DNA of 58,744 bases, filler included, from Bipalium vagum (lineage: Eukaryota), in assembly GCA_037834085.1 (NCBI GenBank). It is 3 parts of 3 records of this genome, joined end to end, with 100 filler letters (N's around TTAATTAATTAA, not from the genome) between each part and the next. Parts side by side here need not be neighbours in the genome. Positions count along the whole stretch, not along the records: positions 16,066 to 32,990 come from JBBMKC010086277.1; positions 33,091 to 58,744 come from JBBMKC010186517.1; 1 more part is not named here. One strand, 5' to 3'. A program made the position numbers and the translations under genes. Positions 24,401 to 37,950 of the stretch are shown piece after piece (within the stretch, counting starts at the first letter, position 1; every line of letters begins with the position of its first letter). The notes beneath the pieces are model-generated. The model was not told the DNA's origin and made no database searches. It worked only from the letters and a program-made list of their open reading frames with translations.

Positions 24401-27400
24401 GATCTTCATGTGGATTTTTTACCGCCCATACATGATTATTATGGAAATTTATTATGATATTTTTTGAGAAACGCGCTTCATCGATAAACATAATAAGGCT
24501 CACTAGTTGATAATTTTGAGACGTTTGTTTCACCCAGTGACAAATGGTATCTCGGACAAAAAAACCTCTGTTAAGAAGTGTTTGAACGCGTTGAATGTGA
24601 TTTGGAAGAAACATTCGTTGCCTCAAATTTTTCCACAGTGTAATTATTTACATTCAAGACGTTCAAGACATTATAACTGAAGAATGTGAATCTTCCTCTC
24701 CCATGTCACACACATTTTCTTCGATTTCTATTATTCTATCTGGTTTTGGTTTTTCTGATCCAGCATTGTGTTAAAACGTGTGTTTTGTGAAGATACTTAT
24801 GAATTCTTTCAAAGGAACATGACGTTTTGGAAATTGCTTAGCTTTTAAAGAATTCCCATTCGCTAACCAATATATAAAATGCATGTCCGTCCTTTCGGCG
24901 TTTTAATAATGATTCGTGGATATTTATTTTAATTAATATTGACTGTTATAGTAAAGATATTATCTATAAAAGGCAAGCATTCTGAAACGAATTCATGTAG
25001 AAAAGATATTATGATATATTTATATACGTATAAAAACATCCAATAAATAATTCCTTAAATGTTTGCCCCATGTTTAACTAACACCCTGTATATGAGCAGA
25101 GATCAATCATTAGAATTTTAATAAATAAATAATTTTAAATAAGGTAACAAAAATAATGTTATGTTGTAATCGTTTATCATAATGTACATCACTGTGATGT
25201 GATTAGGATGTTTATTTATTCCATTAAGGTTATCACAAAATCAAGGAAGAGTAAATAATGCATCTCAATTTTGACTTTTTATATACCGATGGGGTGTTAA
25301 GAATAATAATGCCTGACTGAATATTTTTATTACATTTCCTAAGCCTCTGAATTGAGAATAGATTTATTAGGTTGAACGTAAAGTTCTTGCCAATTTTTAA
25401 TATTATGTTATAACTCAAATAAAAATGTGCTGATGCATTATAATAAACTTATAAAATTATCCTTTGATGATTAATGTATTAAATTATATTAATAAAGAAA
25501 CCATTCGTTTATCTGAATTATCTTTCTATTTTTTAGCGCTAAACTAAATTATAACAAAGAACATATAAGACACTGTATCTTGTACGAATTTCAGAAGAAG
25601 AACAGTGCGACTGAGGCAACCAGAAATTTACAAGAGTATTCGGAAAAGAAACTGTAAAAGATAGAACAGTTCGGTTCTGGTTTCAAAAATTCCAAAATAA
25701 AAATTTCAGCCTGGAAGATAAACCATGTTTAGGCAGCCCTTCTGTTGTTGAAGTCTGAATTAAGAGCATACCAATTTTCTACTACAAGAGAAATAGCGAA
25801 GAGACTATGATTTTCATTTGGTGGAATCGCAAGGGAATTGTACATTTCAAATTGTTACCTCCTGGTGAAAAAATTTCAGCCGATCTGTACTGTGAACAAT
25901 TGACACGATTATCATATGAAAAACGAAATAAATGTCCGAATTTAGCCAATCGAGAGGGTGTTATTCTACACCATGACAATGCAAGGCCACACGTTGAAAT
26001 CAAAACCCATTGGAAGGTACATGAACTGGGTTTGGAAGTTCTTAATCACCCTCCATATTCGCCTGACATTGCTCCTTCGGATTACTATTTATTTCGTACC
26101 TTGCAAAATTTTCTGGACCAGAGATCATTCGTTGATTCGAGTGATGTTAAAACAGCTCTTGTGACTTTCTTCGAGTCAAAATCCGAAGATTTTTTGCTAG
26201 AGGTATCGATGGTTTGCCAGATAGATGTAGAAAAGGTGTTGAAAATAATGGAAACTATATTTTGGATTAAATAAAGATCTTTGTTTAAAAATATTTGGTT
26301 TTTATTTTTGTTTAAAATTTGGCAAAAACTTTACGTTCAACCTGATATTAAATATCTTTTCCATATATATAACAAAAAATATAAATGTTACTTACAACAT
26401 TCGAAGTATTGTAATTGTTCCTGATAAATAGCAATATGGGTTTGGGGACACTGACATGTTTTCAGCGGAAGGCCGTTGGAGTTTATACAGACGGCGATTT
26501 TAGACTTGCAGATTAATCTTTTATCATCGCAATATTGTCCAATGTCAACTGAAAATGATTTTTCATTAATTTCGGGATTAACCCATTTCAGGAATCAGTC
26601 AAATATTAATTTATGTCAAACATTGTTTGAGAAGACTTAAATAAAATTTTGATAAAGAATTTCCACTTTCTTTCTTTAAAAAATTGAAATTTTGTTAAAA
26701 TCGACAGCATTCCAAATATTACTTTATTATAATAATATATTCCAAATTAGATTTAAATAAATTATATTTGACAAATATTTTCATTTTATCAAACTATCAA
26801 AAATAAATAAATATTTTAATAATAGAAATATATTTTTAAAAATTTTAAATTAAATTTCCAACTTTGAAGGCGTAAATCACCTCTGACCTTTCCTCAGGCT
26901 GAACATAATTTTTCCATGACGAAATTCATAACTCACACTATTTTGTTCACTATACGGTGTTTCCCTTGTCATTTAAAACAATTTAATGAACCAATTTTCG
27001 TTTTAAAGGTATTTACGAATAATAAATAATTATTTATAAAACGAAATATAAAATATTATTTGATTTGTGTTATTATTAAAGGCGATGATATTCTTTAATT
27101 TCCATAGTCGTAGAAATACAGTCGTGGTCATAAATCATCGATCACTATGTCATTTATTTACTTCTATTCCTGTGAACTCTGGTTTTGTTCTCCAAATAAA
27201 ACCGTCAATGTAACTATTTATAAAACGATTCCAGAATAAGAAATTAAGAAAATAATTAAAAATTATGATTATTTCCAACATGATGGAGAGCTGTACCATC
27301 AAGCACACATCAACAAGGCCTGGTTTATTAATAATAACACTAATGTCCTGGTCCATGGCCAGTTAACTCTCTAGATTTATCGCCTATTTAGAACTGCCTG

Positions 27401-29733
27401 AAAGGTCTAAAACAAAAAGTCTCACTGCATATTCTTACGTCATACATAAATTTAATTGAAATAACTAAACTTATTTTGGTTAACAAAATTACCATGAGCT
27501 ATTGCTCAAAATTGATTGATTCTATGCCAAACAGGTTGACTGCAGTACTTGTAGCAAAATGTAAATACACTAAATATTAGTTATATCACATGAATACTAC
27601 AAATTATGCAAAAACTAACTGCTTACACATGTTTTCATAATAGATCTTTTGTTACTAAAATTTTGACATTTTTTAAACCATTTCATAAAATTGAAGGTGG
27701 CCGAATAATAAATGTTATAAATAAAACGACGTTATTATTTTAATTTTTTTTAATAAGTCTTATCACATTATTTCGGAAAAATCTAAACGTTGGTTTTGAT
27801 TATGGACCAGGTTTGAATGTGTATACTTTTTTTGTACAAATATATTATAATTAATGTTCATATTACGATATTTCTTTGTTTTAATTTTTTAAATTTTAAA
27901 ATAAATTTTATTATATTTATTAAAATTAAAATATAGATTATCTACGAAAAAATATCAATTTTGAAAAATCTTATGACATGAAACAATGGAGAAAAACAAC
28001 AATAAGTAAAAAAACAATTTTAGGCGCCATTTGACGAGACCTTAATGTTGCTAAATGGACAAAGATGAATGGGAAATGAAATGATCTGCAGATCTCAGCG
28101 AAAGGCCGTAAGGTTAATTCGTGCCTATTATTTTACATCTAACAGAAGAGAATGCCACAATATTTGACGGACCTTATGAAAAAAAGAAAACAATATAATT
28201 AGCTCATTGTTTATATGATGTACCATTCAACAGTCTTCAAATTAAATAATTACACAATATATAGATTTGCTTCTGTATTGAAATGATCTCACTAAACGAT
28301 ACACCCGAAAGATGCCAAGGGCGAAACCATCACTAAAAATGAGAACTGGTACATCTCATAAAAAATATCTGTTGTTGACAATCTTTTTGGATTGGAAAGG
28401 CATTCTCAAAGTCGATTTTTGTTGCATCTGATGTCAAAATCAGTTCAAAATATTATGTACAACTTATAAAGGAAGTAAGTGGAAAACAGCAAAAAATAGG
28501 AAAGATTGAACTGTGGCTTTTGCATGATAATGCCCCAATCTACACATACCATCTGACAAAAGCGTCGTGTGGATTATAGACCATTTCCCGCCAACAATAA
28601 CAGTCCCGATCTTGCTCCCAGTGACTTTCACTTCTTGTGACGACTGAATAAGAATTTGCGAGGCAGTTTAATTGATTGTTCCTTTGATTTGCAGCACTAT
28701 GTCACTGATTTGTGAAATCGTACTCCAAAACATTTTATGACAAAGGTATTTTGAATTTGTTGTCTCATTGGTAAAATGTGTGGAAGTTGGTGATGGTTTT
28801 ATTGAAAAATAAATATAGGCGAGCTAAATGTATATTATTGAAACTTTAAATAAAATCAGTTTTATATTTATTGTTCAGTCTAAGTACTTGATGGGCTCAC
28901 TACGTATATATCAATTATAAACGCAAATGGATTTTTCTATTAATTGGGTATAATTATCGATTATTTATGCATTAATATATAAAATTTATTTATTTATTTT
29001 AACATTAACTATATCTATTGTATATTTAATTAAATAATTAAATATTTCTAATATATATTAATTTTAAAAAATGGCCAATAAAAATCTATTGTTTATTTTA
29101 TATCATAATAATAAAATAAAGTATTTAATTTTTTATAACCAAAAGAATAAAATCATTTTGTATAATGATTAAGTGGTGTAAATGTGAATTAATATATATG
29201 TTTTTATTACATAAATATTTTAAATGTGAATTAAAATAATAAAATAAATTTTAGGCATTGTAAATAAAAAATATAAAATAATAAATAACACAAATTTAAA
29301 AACCATGATTAGAATATAGGAGGAAGAGATTATTTTTTTTAAATTACTCAAATAAAATTTCAATCAAAAATTTATTTTGGATTCCGAAAATTTTATAAGC
29401 AAAAAATCAGTCTCATTCAAAAATTAAGGAAATTTTTATATATCAGTTTCAATAATGACAAAGGATAAAATTATTTTTTGTTATAAATATTTTCTTATTA
29501 TGATGTATTGTTTTGTTATAATGGTCTAAAGTCAATGAAATTAAATAGAGAAAATTTTTTATCAAGATAGACGGTCGTTTCAAAGCTTAAATAATTATAT
29601 TCATGATTCAAATGATGGTTTAAAACAATTTACTTGTATACCGGATAGACCAGAGCATATTAATCGAAACTGATTGAAGTCGTTGTGAGGGAGGACATTT
29701 ATTCTATTGTTTGGGCAGAGACAATGTGCGAAT
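18494..29733 (-). CDS. EGF/EB-like Cys-rich + ZP-N (zona pellucida) domain extracellular protein, partial; complement(join(18494..18633,21642..21892,22636..22824,26396..26548,29642..29733))
   Basis: Five GT-AG-bounded exons join in compatible phases (1,1,1,0) without stops: FAHCLCPNNR...LICSGLSVDIGQYCDDKRLICKSKIAVCINSNGLPLKTCQCPQTHIAIYQEQLQYFECFPKADHDESNACKVCRMKEGQCYIRGGYGNKYGCKC...SCLSEFITVTCWFNSIRICF...SSQCILK...YNKELPCGMSSIKYSDGSLFQGMFHFW...VTRDLKINFSCKS. The V-x-C...C...CG...F-x-C pattern matches ZP-N. Start and end not found. Confidence 0.8.
19020..19400 (-). mobile_element. Possible MULE transposase scrap
   Basis: Highly degraded minus-strand pieces (FYKTIYILL, FCIMK, FIDEIQSV...C) loosely resemble the MULE DDE domain. 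Confidence 0.25.
19811..19958. other. Assembly gap (148 N)
   Basis: Run of N. Confidence 0.99.
24330..25090 (-). mobile_element. rosa/DD41D-like Tc1-mariner element, 5' part
   Basis: TIR-like TA|CAGGGTGTTAGTTAAACATGGGGCAAAC at 25090 (minus strand). ORF 24345-24626 contains IMFIDEARFSKNIIINFHNNHVWAVKNPH...FSLNVCVG. Confidence 0.8.
25367..26345 (+). mobile_element. Internally deleted mariner with TIRs and TA TSD
   Basis: TA|TTAGGTTGAACGTAAAGTTCTTGCCAA ... TTGGCAAAAACTTTACGTTCAACCTGA|TA. ORF 25807-26274 contains HHDNARPH and HPPYSPDIAPSDYYLF (D34D). Confidence 0.93.
27130..27720 (+). mobile_element. Tc1-like transposon 3' fragment
   Basis: FQHDGELYHQAHINKAWFINNNTNVL and LIDSMPNRLTAVLVAKCKYTKY*, a typical Tc1 C-terminus. 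Confidence 0.7.
27970..28906 (+). mobile_element. Degenerate mariner
   Basis: TIFLDWKGILKVDFL, LHDNAPIYT and SPDLAPSDFHF; TIR-like end cagtctaagtacttgatgggctcactacg+TA. Confidence 0.75.
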
Positions 29734-30246
29734 CTATTTAAAAATAATGTAATGTAAAAATATTTTTAATTTTTGCTAATATATAAAATTAAAAATATCC
29801 ATTATTGATAATAATACAAGTAATAAAAATAATAATTTTATTATTATTATAGTTATTATTATTATTAATTTAATTTAATATTATTAAAATTTTTGAATTT
29901 TTTCGATTTTATCTAATTCAGAAAAATTCAGAATTTCGTTTTTTATCAATTTTACGGAAAAATTACAATCTAAATCTAAACCTGAAATTCAATAGGAAAA
30001 ATTATATTTTATTGATAAATATTATATCTTTATTACTATTTTGGTAAAAGGAAATATTCCAAATTCAAATATTATTTATGACAGATGTTGATAGAAAATT
30101 AATAAATAATCAGATTTTACTTCGGATATAAAACAAATAAAGAAATATTGTGAAATAATTATTTTATATGAATTAAAATTGATTTTCAACAATCTAATTT
30201 TTAATATAGAATTGCAGGTTATTTTTGTACAATAAAAATGTGTTTT

Positions 30247-30411
30247 NNNNNNNNNNNNNNNNNNNNNNNNNNNNNNNNNNNNNNNNNNNNNNNNNNNNNN
30301 NNNNNNNNNNNNNNNNNNNNNNNNNNNNNNNNNNNNNNNNNNNNNNNNNNNNNNNNNNNNNNNNNNNNNNNNNNNNNNNNNNNNNNNNNNNNNNNNNNNN
30401 NNNNNNNNNNN
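30247..30411. other. Assembly gap (165 N)
   Basis: Run of N; could hide an upstream exon of the EGF/ZP gene. Confidence 0.99.
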
Positions 30412-30589
30412 CAAAAATGAGTAAAAATGTGTGCTTTAATGAATAAACCAAATTGGTAACATTAATTGTTCGTAAGATCATATATTAATTATTCAATGAA
30501 AACATTTAACAAAACAAAATATTATTACTATGAAAAATTATTTTTTAAAGTTATATTAAAAATTTATAAGCTTAAAATAATCTTTTCTA

Positions 30590-31682
30590 TTAGGTAACCA
30601 ATAAAGTTTGTGCGGTTTTAGCTCAAAAAATACAAAGATTTATTAGAACACAAATACAATATCAATCATCGAAATAATCACCGCCACACTTTATAATGTT
30701 CTGGCAACGTGTCACTAAAAGTTGTATGCCGGTTTTGTAAAAATTTTTCGATTTGAAATCGAAAAAACTGCGGACCGCATCGATAACACCATCTTGAGTT
30801 TGGAATTGCCGCTGCCTCATAAAATTGTCCAAAGATAGGAAAAGATGGTAATCATTTGGGGAAATATCTGGAGAATAAGATGGGTGTGGTAATGTTTCCC
30901 AGCCAACCTTAGAAATTTTTTCATGGGTTAATCTTGCTATATGAGGCCTGGCGTTATCTTGTAAGAAAAGCACATTCTTTCGAATGATCAAAGAAGATTT
31001 TTTCTGGATAAGTGCGGCTTTTATTCGCTCAAGCTGATTACAATAGACTGCAGCGGTGATGGTTTGACCACTTTCCAAGATTTCATAATAAATAATTCCG
31101 GATGCTGTCCAACAAACACACAATAAAATCTTTTTTTGATGTAAGAGGTTCTTTGGAATATGCGGTATTGGAGCAGTTGAGGATCACCAATGATGAGATC
31201 GCTTATTATTGCTATGGTTGAATGGTTTCATCGCTCACATTGAACTTTTTTGCAAGCTCTAAGCACGTTAAATGGAATTTGCATCGATCACTTCTTTGAG
31301 ATTGTTGTTATCAATGACCGTTGGTCTTCGGTTAGGCTGAAATCCCCCAATGAAAATTTTTTAAACCACTTTTGTGCTGCACGATTGCTTACAACAACAT
31401 CTCCGAACGCTCTACATATTTTTCGCGCCTCTTCTCCAGCTTTCGTGCCAAGTTTGTATTTGTAGAGTAAACTACTTTGAATTAGCGCTTTTTGGGAGGC
31501 CATTTTGACTAAGTAATTGAACTTTTTAAACAATCTTTTCTATTTTTTTAAAAAATCAATTGAAAGAAAAAATATTACATAACCGAAATAAAACAATATA
31601 AATAATTCCTATCAATAAGTATCAATAAAATCTATCATAATAGGCGGTATTTTAAAAACCGCAAGAACTATTAGTTACCTAA
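30590..31682 (-). mobile_element. Internally deleted mariner with TIRs and TA TSD
   Basis: TA|TTAGGTAACCAATAAAGTTTGTGCGGTTTT ... AAAACCGCAAGAACTATTAGTTACCTAA|TA. The ORFs give the N-terminal HTH (ICRAFGDVVVSNRAAQKWFKKF) and the catalytic LQDNARPH...HPSYSPDISPNDYHLF. Confidence 0.93.
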
Positions 31683-32009
31683 TAAAATAAAGTTTATTTA
31701 AATGTTATCAGAAGTCAGTAAGCAAAATTTTAAAATCCATAATTTTCCATTAAATAGAGGTGTATGAAGAAATAATGCCTTTACCTTTTAAAATTCATAA
31801 AAATAAACAGATTTTTTAAAATCTTTTCCAATATATAAATGTTAATATTTATGAATAGTTTAGGTTGAATCAATAAATATTGAAAAAAACAAAGGCCAGT
31901 AAAAAAATTTTAACAAAGGGAGAAGTGTACTTATCCAAAAAGAACAATAAAAAATATAAATGAAGGTGAAACAATTGATAAAATAAAGACGATTGACAAA
32001 GATATTTTA

Positions 32010-32330
32010 ATATGGAGAAACGGAAACGAAAGACCACAGACTTCTTTTTTAACAAATCATAGTATTGTAAATGCGGAGTGTTCAGTTTTCTCTCATCCAT
32101 CATACGGCCATGATATAGTCTCCTGTGACTTTAATTATTCAGAATTATGGCCGTCTGTCTCAGTGGACAAAGATTCGTCAGCAAACTCAGTGCTCTACAT
32201 GGTTTTGAAGTCATGGTTTAAAAACGAACCTCGTCGTTTATAACAAAAAGCATTTAGCAGTTGAATTCGAAGATTATGTGCTTGCATAAAACACAATGGA
32301 GATGATATTGAAGATTAAATCATCGATTAA
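32010..32330 (+). mobile_element. Mariner C-terminal scrap
   Basis: Broken HPSYGHDIVSCDF*LFRIM...LSGQRF and CLHKTQ/GDDIED* readings. Confidence 0.55.
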
Positions 32331-32990
32331 TAAATGTGTACAAAATGAGTATAGAAAAATATTCTTTCTTAATTTCAAAAAATATATTTATTCAACTGTA
32401 GGCATTAGTTTTTCGGTAAATAATTTTTATTATTATAAATAACCTTTATTTATGCCTATTTAATTTGTCAAGAAGTTTTGCTCAGGTTTAATCTCTTTTT
32501 ATCAATATTTAATACCTGGGTTTATTGGTAATTAAATTTATAAAAATAGCCTAATATACATAAATATAATTTTATTAAATACGGTTTTATTATTATATTT
32601 TTACAAACAATATCAAAACATCTTACAGGATTCTTTTCTCAGCAAAGATAAAATAATAATATTTATATTGTTGGGGATTTCTAAATACAATAATAAATGT
32701 ATTACTTCATTTAAGAGCTTTTTATAGAACTGGCAGAAATCACTTTCCCCAAGCTTTCCAAATATTTTTGTATAAAAATCCTAATTTTTCAAAACCTATT
32801 TAACAATAACATTTATTTCATTCAATTGTGTGTCCTCAGTGTAAGTTTAAAAATAGACTTTAAAGGTCTCTTTTTAAAATATTTCTATTTAAATATGCTA
32901 TTGTTTAAATATATTAAATATAATGTCGGAAATGTTTTTCACAATACTTGCTCATTACTAATATAATAATATAATAATATAATAATATAA

Positions 32991-33090
32991 NNNNNNNNNN
33001 NNNNNNNNNNNNNNNNNNNNNNNNNNNNNNNNNNTTAATTAATTAANNNNNNNNNNNNNNNNNNNNNNNNNNNNNNNNNNNNNNNNNNNN
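32991..33090. other. Artificial 100-bp scaffold linker (N44-TTAATTAATTAA-N44)
   Basis: Same structure as 15966-16065. Confidence 0.95.
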
Positions 33091-33249
33091 TTAAATATTT
33101 ATTATTTTAATTAATTAATTAATTTGTTTGAATAATTGTTATATTAAAATATATAATTTCGAAATGACTCTTGATAATTTATCTACCGATATAAATGTAA
33201 CAAACAATCTATAATGATAGTTAAAGATACTAGCAATAATTAGATAATA

Positions 33250-33861
33250 AAGAAAATGGATCTATCATTTTAAATAAATTAGCAGTTTTCAATAATCTTG
33301 AATTTTTGGATTGCTTAAGAAGAAAAGAATCAATTCAATGTGAGCAAATCTGTGTTAAATGCAAATTGACAATGTCATTTAATAGTGTTAAAATGATATC
33401 AGATGGTTATGTATGGAGATGCGACAACACTACATGTAGTCTAATTACAAGAACAGGTTCATAGATTTCTGGATCAAAGCTCACAGAGGAAGAACGCCAA
33501 TTGCACCAACTGGGGTTTTAATCATTGTTAACATTTCTTTTAAACCAGCAAGAGGATACGTCGAAATTATACCGGATAAAAGAATTTTCACAATTTTGCC
33601 TATTATAGAAAAGGTGGTTTAATTTGAATCAACAATTTATACAGATGAAGTCCGTTCTTACAACATCCTGGGTCTGAAAGATTCTAGATACAAACATAAT
33701 AAATCTTTGGTTTAATTAATTTGTCATTCATTTTATGAAATATTAATTTTGTAGTAAAATTAAACTGATTTTGTAACGGGGTTGTCAGTTTTAACTGGTT
33801 GTATGAAGGGGTTGTGAGATTTAATTGACCGGGTTTGGGGTTGTCAGATTTAATTTGTCCC
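33250..33861 (+). mobile_element. Merlin/ISXO2 (IS1595-like) transposon remnant
   Basis: Zn-ribbon ICVKCKLTMSF...SDGYVWRCDNTTC...RTGS...SKL, then ILPIIEK...IYTDEVRSYNILG. Three GGGGTTGTCAGATTTAAT-like subterminal repeats at 33778-33860. Confidence 0.7.
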
Positions 33862-34011
33862 ACGTAAGATATTATATTTAATATATAAGATATAATATTA
33901 AATAGTACAATGATTAAATCATTAATTATTTTCAGAAAGAAATCAAGTTTGTTTTAATATTCTAAAAATCAGGATGCGATTCGAAAACAATCAACAAACT
34001 ATCATAAAAAT

Positions 34012-34249
34012 ATCGGGCTGTTTGAAAACTCACTTCGCTCTTTTTAGTAAAAAATACGACCAAAAGTTTTATTTATAATAAATACATATTTTATTTTTTA
34101 ATCAATGATACATTGTCCCTTTGGTTCCAAGACCTTCTGCCATCTACCAGACAATTTGAATATCCAAACCTTTAAAATGACTTAAGTGCTTTAAATTAAG
34201 ATTTAAGGATAGGTATAAAAAAGCGAAGTGACTTTCCAAAAAACCCAAT
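34012..34249 (-). mobile_element. Short mariner deletion derivative / MITE (~240 bp)
   Basis: Inverted termini ATCGGGCTGTTTGAAAACTCACTTCGCTCTTTTT and AAAAAAGCGAAGTGACTTTCCAAAAAACCCAAT enclose only a scrap of the transposase C-terminus. Confidence 0.75.
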
Positions 34250-37199
34250 GAAAGTTATGAAAAATCCATTGTCTCGAGTGAAGAAATTTGAATTACTTAC
34301 ATTGCAAAAATAGAATTCTATTAATAATCGCCTTTATCATCATTTTATTTATACCTTATGAATGAAATATTAATAAAAAAAATATTGGTGCAAAATCATT
34401 ATTAATCTTTTTAATAATAATTTTTGATAGATTTTAATCCATAGAATTATTAAAACAAAATTGAAAGCAAAATAATAAAGGATCAAACATTATTTATTTT
34501 TATTTCCTAATATAACATAATGACTGTTGAGATTTAATCTTTTTCAATTTAAAGAAAATTGCCCTCAACAATTAAACGATGTAAAACCGCAGAATAATAG
34601 TAGAATATATAAAATAAACAATGATTTCATTAATATTCATTGTCGAAAATAGATTGTACTTTTAAAGAAATTTCTTTTATATAAGATTTAGTTCAACCAA
34701 AAAATTGTCATAGAAATCAAAACGCTTATTGAATATTCTTCTGATCTACTTCTTCAAAAACGGAATATCTTCCGTCTGGAATTAAGCAAATTGTTTCATC
34801 GGATCTATATTTTGTGAAAAATAAATGTTTAATCATACATTTCTGTTTGATTGCTTCAGAGTTTCTTTTATATGTTTATTTCGATATTAAAAAAATGGTT
34901 ATGGTATATCTTGAAACTCTAAGAGACGGTTTTTACTTTATTGATTATTACAAGGAATTATGAAGATTTAAAATAATTTTAATAATTAAATATAAACGAA
35001 AAAATCAAATTGTTTGAATAATTGATTGTTTGATGTTGGCAGATTTTTTAAATAATAAAAGTTTTGGAATTGAGTTATCTTCTTTAGAACAAATTACCAT
35101 TTAAAAACCAATTAAATCCACAAAGAGTATTTTTTAAAATCATAGGGCTAAATAATTTTTGAATAAAATCTTTGCATGTTTTCATTACGTCATTAAGACA
35201 TGAAATTTTAATGAACATTTTGTGAATATTCCATAAATATCTGATTTCAGTGTCTTATGGTTGTGTCCACTTACTACCAATCCCCTTTTATAACTCAAAT
35301 AACACTTAAGTCTGAAACTTTTATTTAATCACCACAATTTTTACTAGACTTGTCACAAAATTCTCTTAACCTATCTCCAGGTAACCATAAAATAACAAAG
35401 ATAATGAAAAAAATTCGCAGCCTCACAAAACTCAAAGATAACAATGATAAAATAAACAAAAGTTACCAATGAATATTGGACTTTTACTAAAAACTTAAAA
35501 TTATCGTGAGCCGACTTCGACTCAGCTTCTTCTCAACATCTCAGAATTGTGAATCAATTGACATATAATGATTCGTTGCAGTTGAATGTTGATCCACTAA
35601 ACTTTAGTGACCAAAGCCTTCAATTCCGTTTCATTAATTATTTGGAAAAATGTTGACATTTTCATTACTAAAAATATAAATATGCTATGACTAGTTTTAA
35701 ATAAAAATTAATTAATAATTTGGTAATTGGAAATCAAAAAGGGGACACAAAAATTTTGTCATCTGATGCTTATGACATCATCATTTTCATAATACTTAAA
35801 ATTAACGCACATATATAATATATTTATTATTACCGTCTTGTCTATAATTAAAGTCCTGGCTTTTATTAGGGGTTGGATGAAATAGAAACCGACCTGGAAG
35901 GGCTGTAATTACAGAAAAGACGGTATTATTATTAGGTGCAATTTCGATTTTCAATAAATAAAAAATCTTTTTATTAAAGTTAATTTTTTATCACATTTTA
36001 TGCATTTATTTTTGAAGAACCATTACGACTCAAAGCCGGATAATTTTATCACAATATATAAAATATAAAGGAAATGGTCTATTATTCAAAAGTATATTTC
36101 TTTGTCAGGGTTTTATAATGTTATATTAGCACCATTGTATGTTAGCTTTCGCCAATCTACACCAGAATTTAAGTAGATGAAAAATCTGCTGTCTCAGGTC
36201 ATAGAAATATAACATAAAATTATTCCGTCCTCAAACTATTATTTATATTATTTTATAAGAAATGGTGAATTATTCAAAAGTACAAAATTGTTTTTGTTTA
36301 TCTCGGATATTTTTAAATCACATTATCTAAATTAATTTTTTTGATCTTTTAAAAAATTGAGATTCTGTGAACGTTAGTAAAATATTTTCATTGATCCTTT
36401 CGTTTTTTTTATTTTGCAAGTGTTATCTTTTTTTTCGTATAATTTCTTTCTCTGAAATATTAAGAAACCCTCTATGAAATACCCTTTGTCATCAATCGAA
36501 ATAAACATTGATCCCATGAAAAATATTGATGAAAATATGTAGAATTATCGGACTATTTATTTTATTATTGATTTCTCCAGAATATAATTTTTTAATTAAA
36601 CCTACTTAAAAATTAATACAAAAATTCATAATAAAAGAATAATTAATTAAAATAATTCATTTCATTTAAACAAACCGTTTTTTTTATTTATAAAACACCT
36701 CGAATGTTTTATTAATGCTTTCATTTAATGATATTTTATTGAAGAATTTTTTCTCCTTTATTGTTAAAAAAATAAACAAATCTTAGAATAATATTTATTT
36801 GTTATAATAAAATGAATATTATTTTTTTCCAGTTTAATATTTATATCGGGAAAAATATTTGTAAAATATTATTTATTAATAATTTCTGAATTCTTTTTGA
36901 TAATTTTTATATTTTTTTTATTAAATATCAAAAATATCACTGATTTTCCTGAGATTTTTTTTATAAGTGAAAGGTTTTGAAACGTTGAGATTCGCTCGAA
37001 TGATACCGAAAATATAAAAAAGGTTTTATTTCTTTATTTTTATGTGAATTTTTTTATTGGAAATTTAAAATCTGTAAAATTTATGTCATTTGTTACATGA
37101 GACACGTTCTATATTGTTTCAAAGGTCATTATGTAGCCTACATTTATGATTAATCAAATTTAATAATCATCATTGTCTCCTAACCTACATTCATTTTGA

Positions 37200-37950
37200 C
37201 AACATGGCTACTCTTGAGGATGCATACAAAATTTTAACTTCAACATCTCACCTATGTAAAATAGATCTCCTAAATACACAATGCAGGATACAGTCGCTCT
37301 GGTGCATATAATGTTCTTAAGGCCTTTTAATCAATTGACAAGAATGTCTGATGGTAATACGACCAATGGAACTCATCCTAAGATCACTGGAATAAGAGCA
37401 GCCGGTTTGGTAAAAAGCTACAATGATAACACCAACAAAAGTCGCCGAAAGACAACCAAGAAATTCAATGTGTGCCACACTACTATATCAAATACGTTGA
37501 AGATGTATGGAGTTATGCACCACAATCGTAAAACTGCTTCTTAATACAATAAAAACCATTAGATAGACTCTACAGAGAGCATCTCACAAAACGAAAAAAT
37601 GGCCTCCATTTTGTCATCATGGATGATGAAACCTATTTTACATAGAACTATCAGTGCAAATTTTCAGTCAGAGTATATCATGCCAAGTGCGTAGTTGAGC
37701 TAACAAAATTTCCATTTAAAGTTGGACTGTGGAATGGCATGTTAGACAGAGGTATCAGTAATTACCTCACCTGGAGAAAGAGTATGGTCATTAACGGACA
37801 GACTTACAAAACTCTTCATATCTAAAACTACCACTCTGACTTCAACATCATCTTCTGGTCTGATAAAGCTTTCTCACACTATTAAGTTTCTCCACTTTCT
37901 CCACTACCTGCAATTAAAACAAATCACTATTGTCAGCAAGATTAGCAACC
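37200..37950 (+). mobile_element. DD37E-like Tc1/mariner transposase remnant
   Basis: SRRKTTKKFNVCHTTISNTLK (HTH), VIMDDETYF, KFPFKVGLW...RGIS and IFWSDKAFSHY, which resembles the FWPDLASxHY of ITmD37E elements. Confidence 0.65.

Noticed and set aside
30076-30481. ORFs containing X runs (also 19779-19988)
   Set aside because: Artefacts of N gaps.
34301-34343. MMIKAIINRILFLQ|gtaagt as the first exon of the EGF/ZP gene
   Set aside because: The phase does not match the 29733 exon directly, it lies beyond an artificial linker, and there is no other support.
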